Origin: Vitrella brassicaformis CCMP3155
Lineage: Eukaryota; Protista; Chromerida
Reading direction: 5' to 3'
DNA length: 64,000 nt
Assembly: GCA_001179505.1 (NCBI GenBank)
Contig: CDMY01000113.1
Span: 62,001 to 126,000 of the forward strand
In this document: positions 24,829-37,571 of the stretch, piece after piece
Layout: each line of letters opens with the position of its first letter
Numbering within the stretch: the first letter of the stretch is position 1
Position numbers and translations under genes: made by a program
Notes under the pieces: model-generated
Databases searched by the model: none
What the model was told of the DNA's origin: nothing
Seen by the model: the letters and a program-made list of their open reading frames with translations, nothing else

Positions 24829-26082
24829 TCATCCGCCCTCTCCCCTCTTGGTCAGCAGAGCTTTGGCCGCCCTTGACACAGACGGCCGCCCCAGCACCTC
24901 CGACATAAACGCCCCAGCGTCGATCACTCCGTCAAGGTCGACGCCCGTGTGGATGCCCAGCCCATGCAGCATGTACAGCACGTCCTCAGTGGCCACGTTG
25001 CCGAGAGCGCCCTTGCAGTAGGGACACCCGCCGAGGCCCGCTGTGCTGCTGTCGATGACTGCGATGCCGTATTGGAGGGCGGTGAGGATGTTGGCCAGCG
25101 CCTGGCCGTACGTGTCGTGGCAGTGCATCGCCAGACGCTCGAAGGGCAGGCCTTCAGCCGACAGGGCCTGCAGCAGGCGATCGGCATGACCTGCCACAAA
25201 AGAGACCATATCAGGTCCATCAACGAATATGAGTGTGCGTTGGCCTCACCAGCTGTGCCGACTCCCAGAGTGTCGCCCAGGGAGACCTCATAGCAGCCCG
25301 CCTCGAGCAGCCGCCGCACCACAGGCACCACTTGGGACGGCTCCATAGCGCCCTCGTACGGGCACCCCAGCACCACAGAGCATGAACCCCTCACCCTGAT
25401 GCCGTCAGCCGCCGCATGCTCAAAGATGGGGCGGAATCGGTCGAAGCTCTCGTCGATGGAACAGTTGATGTTCTTCTGGCAGAAAGACTCGGTCGCTGCG
25501 GTGAAGATGTTGACCTCGGTGGCGCCGGCCGCCCTGGCGGCCTCATAGCCCTTCAGGTTGGGCACCAGCACCTGACACACAGACGGGGCGGCAGCAGCAA
25601 AGCCACAATGGTGTGGTCTTCCGTGCAGTGGAATTGGTTGTATGCCTACAGGGTATGTGACGCCTTGCCTCCTGTCGATGCCGGCCATGACCTCCTTGTG
25701 GTCGCCCATTTGCGGCACCCACTTGGGGCTGACGAAAGCAGTCGCCTCAATGGTCCGCAAACCAGTGCCTGGTGGCAACGCAACACACAAGATCCACAGA
25801 CAGGCAGATCACAACAGTCAAGGTGTATCGTTGCATCGCCCTTGCATTACCTGAGAGCCGATTTATGAATTCAATCTTCTTGGCCGTGTCGACAACGGTC
25901 TTTTCATTCTGCAGGCCGTCCCTAGCGCCGACCTCCACCACTCGGACAGATGCAGGGAGGCGGTCCCAGCCCCGGTGGGCCACAGCAGTTGATGAGAAGC
26001 AGCGATGTCGCCGCAAAGGATCAATCCGCCGCGCGAGAGGGACCAGCGAGCTCTTCCAGAGCACACCGCGGGAATGGTACAT
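24829..26082 (-). CDS. HMGCL: Hydroxymethylglutaryl-CoA lyase, mitochondrial
   Basis: [65 protein letters not shown]; basic N-terminal transit-like leader. Confidence 0.97.
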
Positions 26083-26313
26083 GGTGGACAGGGGCTGCTA
26101 GTCAGAGGAAGCCGCAAAGACAGGTTGCATCGTCAAATCTTCATCCATTTTCGACAGATCTTCGTCCATATGCTGGCGCCACTGTCACATCCGAGTCAGA
26201 ATCCTTCAACAGCAGAGAGAAAGGTGCACCTCTCTCGAACATCTAAGCTCGCAAATAGGACATTTCGTGAAACTGCTCGCAGGGAGAGGAGGACACCGAG
26301 GAGGGAAAGAAAA

Positions 26314-29300
26314 ATGCTTCGCGAACCGCCCAGACGTCGCACACAAAGCATGCCGCCTCCATCTCGATGGGACGAATGGAAGTTGATGCTGGGCGTGAGA
26401 AGGTTCGTCCTTCGTGCCGCCGACAAACTCGCCGGCTCCATCGTCACGCAAGGCGGAGCGCCGAGCCCGTCAGCCATGTACGAATGGCTCCTGAGTCAGC
26501 CGTGTCAATACCGTGCGCTCATCAACATTGACGTCCCACGGTAAGGCATGGGAGGTGATGGATTGGATGGGAGGAGCAAGGCATACAATGGCATGCATCA
26601 CCCATGGCACATCTGTATATCTGTATTGTTGCAGAACGTTGAGCTGCGCAAAGGTGTTGACGGACGAGAGGAAGAGCATGTTGACCAACATACTGGTGAG
26701 CGGGAGCTGATAAGGAATGATGTGGTGACGGGACGTGTGCAGTGCATATTCTCCCCTCCCCTCCCCTCCTCTCCCCTGTGTGTGTGGTGTGTGTGCGCAG
26801 ATAGCATACGCCAACTACGACACATCCACGGGCTACATCCAGGGCTTCGGCAACATCGCAGGTGGGTGAACGAGCTGCTCAGAAGACGCACAGGCATCAC
26901 GCCCTCACCGAACCGACCCTTGGTTGTGTCTGTCTGTCTGTCTGTCTGCATGCGTGTGTTGTGTTGTGTGATGCAGTCGTGTTGTTGGTTGTGTCTGAGT
27001 GGCGCGAGGAGGAGGCGTTCTGGGCACTGGTCGCCCTCATGCAAGGCAGGGGATACCGACACTTCTTCAAAAACGACTTCCGCGAACTGACCCGATACGA
27101 GAAAGGTGTGCATCCATCCATCCATCCATCCATCCATCGATGGCCCAGCCATTCACGAGTGTGGCGACCTGCGCCACCTCTATGTATCTTCCCTCCCTGT
27201 GTGTGCCGTTCCGTCCCTTCAGTCTTCGGCTATATGTTGAGCCGCGAGTTGCCGGAGCTAGAGGCTCACCTCACTGCAGTGGACTTCCCCCCCACACGCT
27301 CTATCACGCCCAAATGGTGAGTTAGCTGAGGAGCGGACACGGATGCATCCGCGACGCATCCGTCCAGTTGGTCACGCCTGACGGTCTGTGTGTCTGTGTG
27401 TGTGTCTGTGTGTGTGTCAGGTTTTTGTCTGGTTTTGCGCAGGCGTTGCCCCTGAATGTGGTGATCCCCATTTGGGACCGCATTCTAGCGGAGGGGATGC
27501 CGTTTATCATCAGTGTCGCCATGGCCATGTTGGCAGTAAGCACACCACTACACCACACCACACGGAAGCGAACAACAGCATCCCACGCGACACGTATGCC
27601 TTTCTCTCTTGTCCCCTCTGTCAGGAAATGACGCCGTCGTTGGTCAGGATGGATGACAAACAGACGTACCATGCGTTTCTGCACGTCAAGGAGAACAGCA
27701 ACTTCGCCGGCCCCCAGGCGGCTGCCCGGCTCATCCACCGCGCCAAACGCTTCCCCGTTCCCATGCCTCTGCAGATGGTGCGCACATCAACAATAGCCGT
27801 GGCGTCAGAATGTGTGGCTCATCCCTCTCGTGTGTATGTCCTTCCTGCAGTATTTGTTGCGCACCCGTGACGGTTTCGAGTCAGATGACGACCGTTTTGC
27901 CCACGCCAAGGCGGTGTCCGAGTCCATCCGCCGGCTCGTCCGCCGCCACGTGCGCCCCCCACCCATCCCGCCCGACACCGTCCTGGGGCAATTCCTCAGA
28001 CACATCTCGCTCAGAGAGGCAGAGGAGGCACGCGAGAGGCGCCGACACAGCGGCTCCTTCCAGCAACCCGCCGAGGTGTCCACGCCCCCCGCACGGACGG
28101 ACCGATCGGTCACTCGCGACATCCGCAAGAACTCCTCCGACTCGCTGGTGCTGAGCCCCAACAGGGCGGCGTCTGTGGACCCGGGGAAGCGGCGGTTCAT
28201 CCCAGTCAATGCCCGTCCGCCTCCACCCCCTTACGGCCTGCGTCCCCTGATGTGGCGTGCTCGCGCGATGCCTGTGCCGTGCTGCTACATGCCTTCTCCC
28301 AACCTGCAGATGCCTCAGATGCCCCAGAGCGGACCGGCAGCCATCCCACTGCCCCCGCCCATGCGTGCGATTCCCCGGCCGTGGCGCCCGCCGGGTGCTG
28401 CTCCGCCCCTGCCGAACCAGGTGTTGAAGCGCGATGCGAATGCCGACGCACCGGGAACGGCTCGTGTGCGGGGCCGCTCCTTGAGCACTGTGGTCGAGGA
28501 GGAGCACGGTGGAGAAGCGGGGAGCAGTGGGGAGGGCGCCATGAGTGAGACTGACGCTTTGCCGTTCAATCAGAACCTCGACGTTGCCATTGGGCAGCTC
28601 CTCGACGAGTAGGAGGGCGGGAGGGAGACGCGGGATGCCGCCCACTCATGGTCCTTATCTTTCTGTCTTTCTCCCTTTGTTGTGTCTGTCCTGTCAGGCG
28701 TGCTTTTTTGTCGCAAGGCGGCATTCGTCCACCCGCTTCTCTCAGTGACCTAATGTCCTTCATGTAAGCACCGAAACACAGACCATCAGACACCAATGAA
28801 CCACCCCTCCCTCCCCTCTGTGTGTGTGTCCCACCGTTTCTGTCCTCAGGCCCACCCCGGCCATCCAGGAAGAGCCCACCCACACCAACGCCGCCCCCTC
28901 TCTCTCGGACACCACATCACCAGATGTGCAGGCCCGGCAGCTCGTGCCTCCTGCCCCCACCGAGAATATGATTAACGAAGCCACAGTACGACCCCATGAC
29001 AACCACCCCAACGACCTTCCCAACGATCCCATCATCCCAGCAGTCACGCGCCACATCGTCGGCGGCTCGACGGAGCGTAAGGCCTCCGTGGGCACAGATA
29101 GCACCGCTGTGACGGCGCGGGAGAGAGAAAAGGAGAAGGAGAAGGAGAAGAAGCGGCGGTTCACATTCACCCTGAGGCTCCCGTGGGGCAGGCGGGTGGG
29201 CATGGGCATGGGCACGTGCGCAGGCAAAGATAAGGAGAGGAACGGCGAGAAGGAGAAGACCAGGAAGGGGATGCGCCGTGTGTTTTCCGGTGTGGGGCGG

Positions 29301-29318
29301 TGTTTTGGTCGGGTGTAG
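26314..29318 (+). CDS. TBC-domain Rab GTPase-activating protein with a long low-complexity C-terminus
   Basis: INIDVPR (IxxDxxR), GYIQG (YxQ), EEEAFWALVALM, TPKWFLSGFAQALPLNVVIPIWDRIL. The last two exons (28698-28764 and 28850-29318) join in frame. Confidence 0.88.
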
Positions 29319-29663
29319 TTGGGAAAGGGGGAGTGTATTACGGTGCGTGTATTTGTTGTGCTGGCGTCCCCGCATTTCGTGTGTGTGGAATGGGGGCGGG
29401 TTTATGTGAGGTGACTGACGTGGATGTATAGTGACCAACTACCACGTTGACGACCCACTTTTTTGCCAGCCAACCGGCCCAGCCATGACACGGCTTGATT
29501 CGATCGCTCTATTCACATGCACACGAACAAATGGTTCACTCACTCCACACACACACACACACACATTCATTCATTTGTGCACCATGAACACAACGCACAC
29601 TGCAATCGTCACAAAACGCCGATCGCCACCCCCACTGCAATGCCACCCCACTCACCCACTCAA

Positions 29664-32180
29664 TCACTGCACCACACACAGGGCGCAATCCCCCGGCCGA
29701 GGGCGCCTCTCCGGGCTCTGCTGCGTCGGGCTCTGCGTCAGATCGCTCTGGGCCACGGACACCGACACCTCGATGGGCAGCGTCACCAGCTGACTGTCGT
29801 TCTCGCCATGCAGCGACACACTCGCCCTCGTCACCTGGCCCGGCGACACGCATATCGCCGGCTCCCTCGCCTCGCGCTTCATCACCGGGCTGCTCTTCTT
29901 CTTCCGGGTCCTTTGGGGGGATGACCGCACATAAATGGTCCGCTTGTGGACCCCAGGCGAGTCGTCGCCCGCACCGCATGCCATACTCGAGCAGTAGCAG
30001 CCGCACATGCCTCGCTGGGCCGACCGAGTCATGGCCCTGCGAACCTGGAGGTTTGGCGACTGGTCCTGAATGGCCGGCAGGGGGCGCGACATGGATGGGG
30101 GGTGGCCGTCATTGAGGAGCATGGGTGGGGCTGGGGCGGGCGACGGAGGGGTGGGGATGATGCCGTCGGTCGCGTGCAGGGTGAGATCGAAGGGGCGGAG
30201 GGTGTCGGTGAGCTCGGTCGTCACGCGCCTCAGCTGCGCCGCCTCCTCCTGAGCACGCGACTCGTACCTGAGCACAAGATACAGAGAAAGGCACAGTGTC
30301 TCGGCGGCCATGCACGCGCTTCATTCATGTCGGTGCGCACTGAGTGACTCACCTGTTGAGTGACCTGCGGCTGACCTCCGCCATCCTCTCGAGGAAGTTG
30401 GACTGCAGTGTGGTCTCGAAGCTTGCACTCATCAGCACGATGTACTCGCCGGTGGCGGGCGGGGCCTTGGGGCACAGCTCCGTCACTTGAATGACGTGGT
30501 AGTTGCCGTGCAAAGACACCTGACATTGGCACAAACACAAACCGAAGTTCGATTTGTTGGCCCTCTCTCTCTCCCCGCCGCCCTGCCCTACCTGTTCGAT
30601 GAACCAGTCCAGAGTGAAGTCCCTCTCGTAGACGAGCCCCCCCTCCACCTCCTGGGTGCCCTCACCGGCACCACGCACACGCCTCGTAAACGACCCATCA
30701 GGAAAACGGACAGGCTGGGAGGAGCGGGAGGAATCGAGCGGCGTCAAAAAGTCACCTGCGCAGCAGACAGAACAAAGCCATTGAAGTGACCCTTGCCCGT
30801 CTTCTCGCTTCGTTTCCCTCACCTCTTCGGCCGTTGTTCTCCCACCAGTCGCGCGGCTCCTCCTCCAGTCGGGTAGCGTCATCCACACGCACCAGGTCGG
30901 CCCCACGGTGCATGGTCCGTCGGCCCTCCCGCCCATCCTTCTCACCGATGTGGTAGTAGAGCACGGGGGGCGACGTGGGCGACGCCTCGTCCGCACTGCT
31001 GCTGCTCGGCGGCTGCGTGCTGCTGCTCCCCGCCGGCAGGATGGCCGCCCTCAGCGTGGGCGTGTTGCCCTCCTCTCCCTCTGGCTCGGGGCTGTCACGG
31101 CCGGTCTTGACGCTCGCAGCAGCGGCGGCCGCTGCACCTTTCTTCTTGTGGCCGGATGACGGGCGAGGGTCGTGGAGTGAGGGCACTGGGCTGCCGAGCT
31201 GGTCTGCGCGAGGCGGCGGCTCGTCGGGAATGATCTCGACCTCGATGGAGATCTGGTCGTCTGCTGGGCCTATCACGAGGACACCTGTGGATGGGCGGAG
31301 CTGCGACTCAGACGACTGGCCGGCATGGGAGTAGCGGCTGCTTGGGCGGGGGTAGCACTGGTGGTGACGCTGCCCGTCCAGGTACAGGTTCACCTGCACA
31401 GCAAACACACCCAAGGACACAAAGCAAGGGTTGAATGGACGCACTCGACCAGCTGCGCTCGACTCGCTTTCTCATCTCATTGTCTGTCTCACCCTGGCGC
31501 TTTTCTTCTCGTCCGTCTGCTGGTCCCGGACGTCAAGTGCCGCCACAGTAAAGCGCACGTGCGAAGGCCCATCACCGGCTTTGTCAGCCTCCCCGGCCTC
31601 CAGACGGCGGCTGCACCTCTCCACGTGTGTCTGCATGAGCCGGAAGTAGGCGACCGCCTCGCCCCATGCCTTGTGCTGCCGGCGGTAGGCGCGGTAGAGC
31701 TGGAGGATGAAGCGGGTGAGCTTGTCGCACAGGTCGGGGACGGAGGCGATGGGGCAGTTCTCAGACAGAAAACGCGTCAGGCCCTGCACAGCACATGAGA
31801 AAGACGAGGCGGCCGGCATCTCTGTGATGGTTCAGCGTGTCATGACTGGTGGCATCGTGTGTGTGTGACGGCACCTGGTGTCCCTCGCTCTCTTGGTTGA
31901 GAAAGTAGCACAGGTCATCGAACTCGGCGGGCCACTGATACCCAGACTGCATCGATCACACAGACACACACACCAGCAGACACAACAGGAGCAAGCGCAT
32001 CACAGACATCCGTCTCACGAAGTTTGTCACCACTGGCTGCATGCGCGTTGCGCTGCCCACCTGGAAGAGGCCTTCACATTTGCGCTGCACGTTGCTTCGC
32101 AGCAGAGCCGTCAGCGTCTCGTCGACCTCCTGCCCGTCCGCTGCACTTCGATGATGCTGAGACGAAACTTGCTGCATCAT
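29664..32180 (-). CDS. Hypothetical protein with possible C2-like beta domains and a coiled coil
   Basis: Phase-compatible GC3-rich exons: MMQQVSSQ..KCEGLFQ / SGYQWPAEFDDLCYFLN / GLTRFLSENCPIASVPDLCDKL.. / VQVNLYLDG.. / FTLDWFIEQ / YESRAQEEAAQLRRV. No family recognised. Confidence 0.7.
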
Positions 32181-32487
32181 CCGGCCGCGGACGAGGCAGG
32201 CTGACGGATATGTAATCAAGACACTAAGCAGCCTTCCTTGTCAAGCCTTCGATCAAGCATCTCCCGTCGAGAATCTGCGAGCTAAGCTCGGGATTGGATT
32301 TGAGCTCGCAAGAGTTCGCGTGGCAGATCTCGCTGCATGTGGTGCATGAGGGCGTTAGTTACGCTCATACAGACCAACCTGGTCCGTTGAGTGGTGACAG
32401 TTTCTTGTCCACTTCTCTGCGTGCGCGGCTTTCCTCTTTATCTGTTGCGTGTGTCTTGTTATCGCATCTATCTATCACAGCGTGACC

Positions 32488-33281
32488 ATGCGGGCGCACC
32501 GGCGGCACACGCACAGCCGGTCACTGTCGTCGGAGAAGATCGACGTCCGGCACCACAGATCTCGGACGACTATCGGCCTCTCCGCCGGCCTGGCTCCCTA
32601 CCTGAAGCCAGCTGCTGGGCTGAGAACCAAGAATGAGGCCAGCCCGCGGCAGCAGCGCTTGGAGAAGGAGTGTGCACTCGCCATGAGCACCATGGCCCAG
32701 GGGTTTGATGTCAAGGTGGCCGCTGACAACTCTGTCGAGGTGCGTTTAGGCAAGGGAGGGAGGGACGGAGGGAGAGGGGAGGGATGCCTTTCCTGCGGCA
32801 TTGCTGTGTATGTGTGTGTGTAGGTGATAGTTCCTTCGCTGTTGTTGTCCCGACCTTTGTGGGTCGATATGATGCCGGTGTCTGAGATATCGTTCACCAT
32901 CATGGCGTCACCTACGTTCCCGGCCGACCCGCCACACCTATTCTGTCAAACGAGGGTGCGCAACGGAATACCGCGCCTGAGGGTACACGTGGGCAGTGTG
33001 TGTGGTTCCTTCGTGCTGTTTGTTGGATCCAGTTCTGTTTCCCTTCGTTGGTCGACGGTCGGGACCTTATTTTTGACGTCATGCCTGCACCCTGGTGAGC
33101 ACGGTACGGCACTGCAGCGCCAACCTTTGCTCCAACAAATGGATGGACGGATGGCTGGTGCAGGGGCTCCGTGTCGTTCGACCAGATCATTCGGGCCCTG
33201 CCCAGCTTCATCGGTGGGTACTCAGATGACTAACTGACCCACACGCAGACAGACAGGCAAAGCAGAGCCTCTTTCTTCCCC

Positions 33282-33314
<33 letters not shown>

Positions 33315-34547
33315 TTATCTCATCCCAGACCGCGTCGCCACTTGCTGTCCCGCTGCCAACTCAAGGTAAGCACTCAGAAGACACACTTCACTCACCCACT
33401 CACCACTTGCTATCCCTGCCATCTATCGGTTGTCAGTTCTGACCCCCCCTCCACCCCGGCCACCCCGGCTCCCATGCCGCTTGAGACGCCCAAAAGCCCC
33501 TACACACTCCCACCGGGATTCTTCCGCCGTCGTCTGCCTTCGATGCTTGAGACTTACATCGACCCTGTGAGCGGCCTGTCGATCGTGCCGTGCTTCGAGT
33601 GCTCGGAGCTTCAAGCGAGCCGTGAGGAAAAGGAAAAACCCCTTTCCTTCGAGCTGCAGTGGACTGGGAGGCGAGTCTGCAGGATCGACAGAAGGTCGGA
33701 CAGTTACGGTGTGGGGTGGGCTGATCTGGTCGTCAGTCATATGTGTGTGTGTGTGTGTGTGTGTGTAGGTATTTGTTTCTGTCTGAGGGTGCCTTGTGTT
33801 GTATTGAAGAAGTGTGCAAGAAGGGGCGCGCCCCGTCGGAGGGGTCGGAATTCACTGACAAGTGAGTATGATCAAGCAATGTCGCCGTGCCGCCGTGCAT
33901 CGCTCTTGGATATGGTGTGTGGTGGGATGTGACGTGACGTGATGTGATGTGATGTGTTGTCTTGTGTTGAGCAGTGGCACTGATTCCTTGCAGCAGGCGC
34001 CGCGCGAGAAGGGGGACGTCAACGAGTCCACCACGTTGAACTTTGGGCGAGCTTTGGTTCGCTCTGGAACGGATGCCTTGGAGGCGTTGGGCCATCTGGC
34101 GATGTGCGGAGAGGTCAAGTTCTGGGGCCACCTGCCGCTGCTCGAACACGTCATACGCAGGGTCAGGAGTGGGTGGGTGGGGTGGGTGGGGTGAAAGCCT
34201 GGGTTGGCTTGGCGTGTGTGGATGTGGTGTGGTGTTGGATGGATGGATGCAGGGCAATGAAGTGACCTTTGTGTTCGGCCGGTCGTCGCACAGCAACATA
34301 CCTGAGGAGATGATGTGTGCCGACAAACAGGTGGCTGTTTGTGGGTGGGTGGGTTGGTGCACTTCACCTACCTACCTGGCTGGCTGGCCGATTCGGTCGT
34401 CACCTTACCATCTTTGCTTACGCCATGTGGTGGGGTGGGGTGGGGTGGTGCGGTGTGGTGTGGTTGGTGCAGACCTTGATAATGGAGGTGCCAAAGACCT
34501 TCCTGCGCATCCTCGAGGCACACATGGCCAAACTCAAATGCCGTTAG
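32488..34547 (+). CDS. Protein with an N-terminal UBC/UEV/RWD-like domain and an unknown C-terminal domain
   Basis: RLEKECAL..FTIMASPTFPADPPHLFCQTRFCFPSLVDGRDLIFDVMPAPWGSVSFDQIIRAL resembles the E2 fold (FPxxPP, W-x-x-S..L..I). About 9 exons, ending MAKLKCR* at 34547. Confidence 0.6.
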
Positions 34548-34596
34548 TAGACACAGACAGACAGACAGACAGACAGAGAGAGAAGATCTGATAAAT

Positions 34597-37571
34597 ATGC
34601 TTGTCGCTCCCACCCCACCCATGTGTGCAGAGTGGACCACTCGTGACGAGACGGAGGGGCCGCAGAGGATGATTCGGGAGGTGGAGTTTGAACGAAGGCA
34701 GCTCATTGTGCGAATCCCAAGCGACAGCGCACCCGAAACATGTACCGACACACCGCCAAAGACACAGGAAGACAGCACGACATGGCACCCCTCACCCCAA
34801 CTTCCTTCCCATTTCTCTCTTTCAGTGGCCAAGAAGACCTACACCTTCACAATGAAGAACACGGGTCTGCCCTTCTCTCGGTCCGCCACGTTTGACGACG
34901 TGCGGCTCAACGGCCAGACCACCTGCGGGCGGGAGGAGACCGCCGAGGAGGGGGTGGGCCGTGACCGTGACATCAGCATCATCACCTTGCAACGTCCCGC
35001 CGAGGATGCGACCAGGAGTGAGAGGATCATGTGGCGCATGGGCAGGCGCATCCACAAGACCATCCAGCCTCTCACCACGTGGTTCCAAGAGGTAGGTCCA
35101 TACCTGCAGAAGCCTTCATTCCCTCCACGTGCTGTATGTGTGAAATCGTGTCTGCAGGCGGTCGAGGACGGGTCTCGCGGCATGTCTCGCGCCATCGCCA
35201 GCCCCAACCGGTGGCAGCTGTTCGCCCTGGGGCCGACCCTCGAGACGCTCTCTTTCTCCATCATCCTCCTCAACTGCATTGCTGTCGGCCTCGAAACATC
35301 ACTCAGGTCAGTCGAGATGACAACACGAGATCCCAGTGGAGCGAGGTCGTTGCGCATGGCGTGGATGCTGATTGCAGGGCTCAGCGTGCCCAGCGTCAGA
35401 GCGACGAGGAAAATCCGGGGGAAGACTGGCGTGAGCACCGCTACTGGGAGGACGTGCTTCGGATCATCCAGTACTGCTGCCTGGCCAGCTTCGTTGTGGA
35501 GATCGCATTCAAGCTGGTGGCACTTGGCGGGAAGTACTTCTTCACCGACCGATACAACACGATCGACCTCTTCATACTGCTCATTACGGTGCCGCCGTGG
35601 GTCATCGCGTGGATCATCTACCGCAAACACGGCGGTGGCGGGGAGCACTACGCAACACAGGCGTGGAGGAAGCTGGTCATCCTTCGTGTATTCCGGGCGC
35701 TTCGGCTCGCGAGGGTCCTCAGGCACACGGCATTTTTCAAAGAGGTGCGGTGCAGAGAGAGGGAACGGGGGCGACGCAACGCAACGCAACGCAACGAGCG
35801 TGTACCTCATGTTTTGTGTCCTCTCTCTGTCGTGTCGCGTGTGTGTGTTTCCATACATCCCCTCCCTGATGCATGCCATGCCATGCCATGCAGCTGTGGA
35901 TGTTGACGAGCGGCATCACGTACAGCCTGAAGACCCTCCTCTGGGGAGCTTTCATCACTGCCCTGTTGCTGTACGTCTTTGCGGTGTTCGGGACGACCAT
36001 GATTGCACACGCCCCCATGTACCGGGACTGCCTCCAGCTCCGTGACGAGGATGATCCTGAGTGCACTAACCCCAGGAAGTGCTGCGTGTTGAAGCTGAAG
36101 GACGGAGAGGACATCACGAGAGAGGAGGCCTACGAGAGGGAGTACGAGAGGGACTGGCGGGTGCAAGACCATTTCGGGACCGTGGTGCAGTCGATGAAGA
36201 CGTTGTTTGGGATCATGACACTCGACGACTGGGTGAGGGGTGAGATGGAGTTGGGTCGAGAGACCAAAAGACCTGTGCGTTCTTTCTTTGGAATATACAT
36301 AATGTGTGTACGTCTGTTTGTGGTGCAGGGTGAGACGGTGGAGGAGGTGATTGAGACGCAGCCGTGGATGTGGCTCTTCTTCGCCAGCTTCATCGCCGTC
36401 AGTGTCTTCGCTCTCACCAACCTCATCACCGCCGTCCTTGTCGAGAGCGCCACACACGTAAGAACCCATCCATCCATCCATTCATCCATTCATCCATTCA
36501 TTGGTCCGCCCACCACGCATCATGATCCTTTGTGTCTTTGGTCAGATCGCCCGTGAGGACGAGGCGATAGAAAAAGAGAGGGCCTTCACAAAGCTGAGGC
36601 GCACCCTCATGCGCCTGATCGACGATTTCTACGACCACGGCCTCCACGCGGGCGCCCCCACACGGTCGTCGGGCACGCCCCTGACGCATGACGTCGATAT
36701 GGTCTCCCGCGCCACACTGAGGAAAGTTATCGCGTCACCTGAGCTAAAGGTGAGTAGACCAGCCCGAAGACGGGCTGCGAGGGATGGACGGACGGACGGA
36801 TGGATGGATGGATGGGTGTGGTGCAGCCTCTGTTGAAGGTTTATGAGGTTCACGAGCCCGAGTTGGCTCTCCTGGTGGAGGAGCTGTTCGACGGCAGGAG
36901 CCACCAGACAATTAGAGTGGATGAGTTTATCTTCGGCGTCCAGAATTTAAGGGTAAGTAGAAGAGACATGCACACAGACAGACAGACAGACAGGGATGCA
37001 ATGGTGCCCCCATCGCCTTTCCTTTGTGATTTCAGGGTCCCGCCAAGAGCAAGGATCTGTTGCACCTGATGGGCAACATCAATGCCAACAAGGAGGCCAT
37101 CATCAAGATGCACAACGAGCACAAGAGCCTCCTCCGGGCACAGCAGCGACAAGTCATGGCCAGCATCAACGAGCTCAGGGACACCCTCGCGTAAGCAAGA
37201 AGCATCACACACGCGCGCAGAGATGTCAGGCAGACGGACAAGGACGCCTGTCTCTGCTTTCTCCCTTCCTCCCTATCCTCCCTGCCTTCAGGGTTCTCTC
37301 CCGCGACACCTGTTCGATCTTCACGAGCGACACCTTGACCACCCCGGGTCAGGGTGCGACTGTGGCTCCCGTGCGCGCCATGTCCCCCGGCCGACACAGG
37401 AGCCCCGACAGCTATGGAGGGTGCAGTGGCGGTGGCAATTTCCTGGACAGCATCTCCTCGCCCGTGCGGACGTCGACGGAGACGATGGGAGGGGGGAGGG
37501 GGGTCACGACGGGAGGCCATCGGAACACCACAATCCACCGATACGGTGGACGGGGGAGGAGGCACAGATGA
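34597..37571 (+). CDS. Single-domain (6TM) voltage-gated cation channel, CatSper/EukCat/BacNav-like, with C-terminal EF-hand-like and coiled-coil regions
   Basis: S1 IILLNCIAVGLET; S2 FVVEIAFKL; S3 YNTIDLFILL; S4 LRVFRALRLARVLR; pore FGTVVQSMKTLFGIMTLDDW; S6 WLFFASFIAVSVFALTNLITAVLVES. Confidence 0.92.

Noticed and set aside
26005-26313. Longer TBC N-terminus from the ATG at 26005
   Set aside because: It overlaps the HMGCL start antisense and lacks coding character; 26314 is preferred
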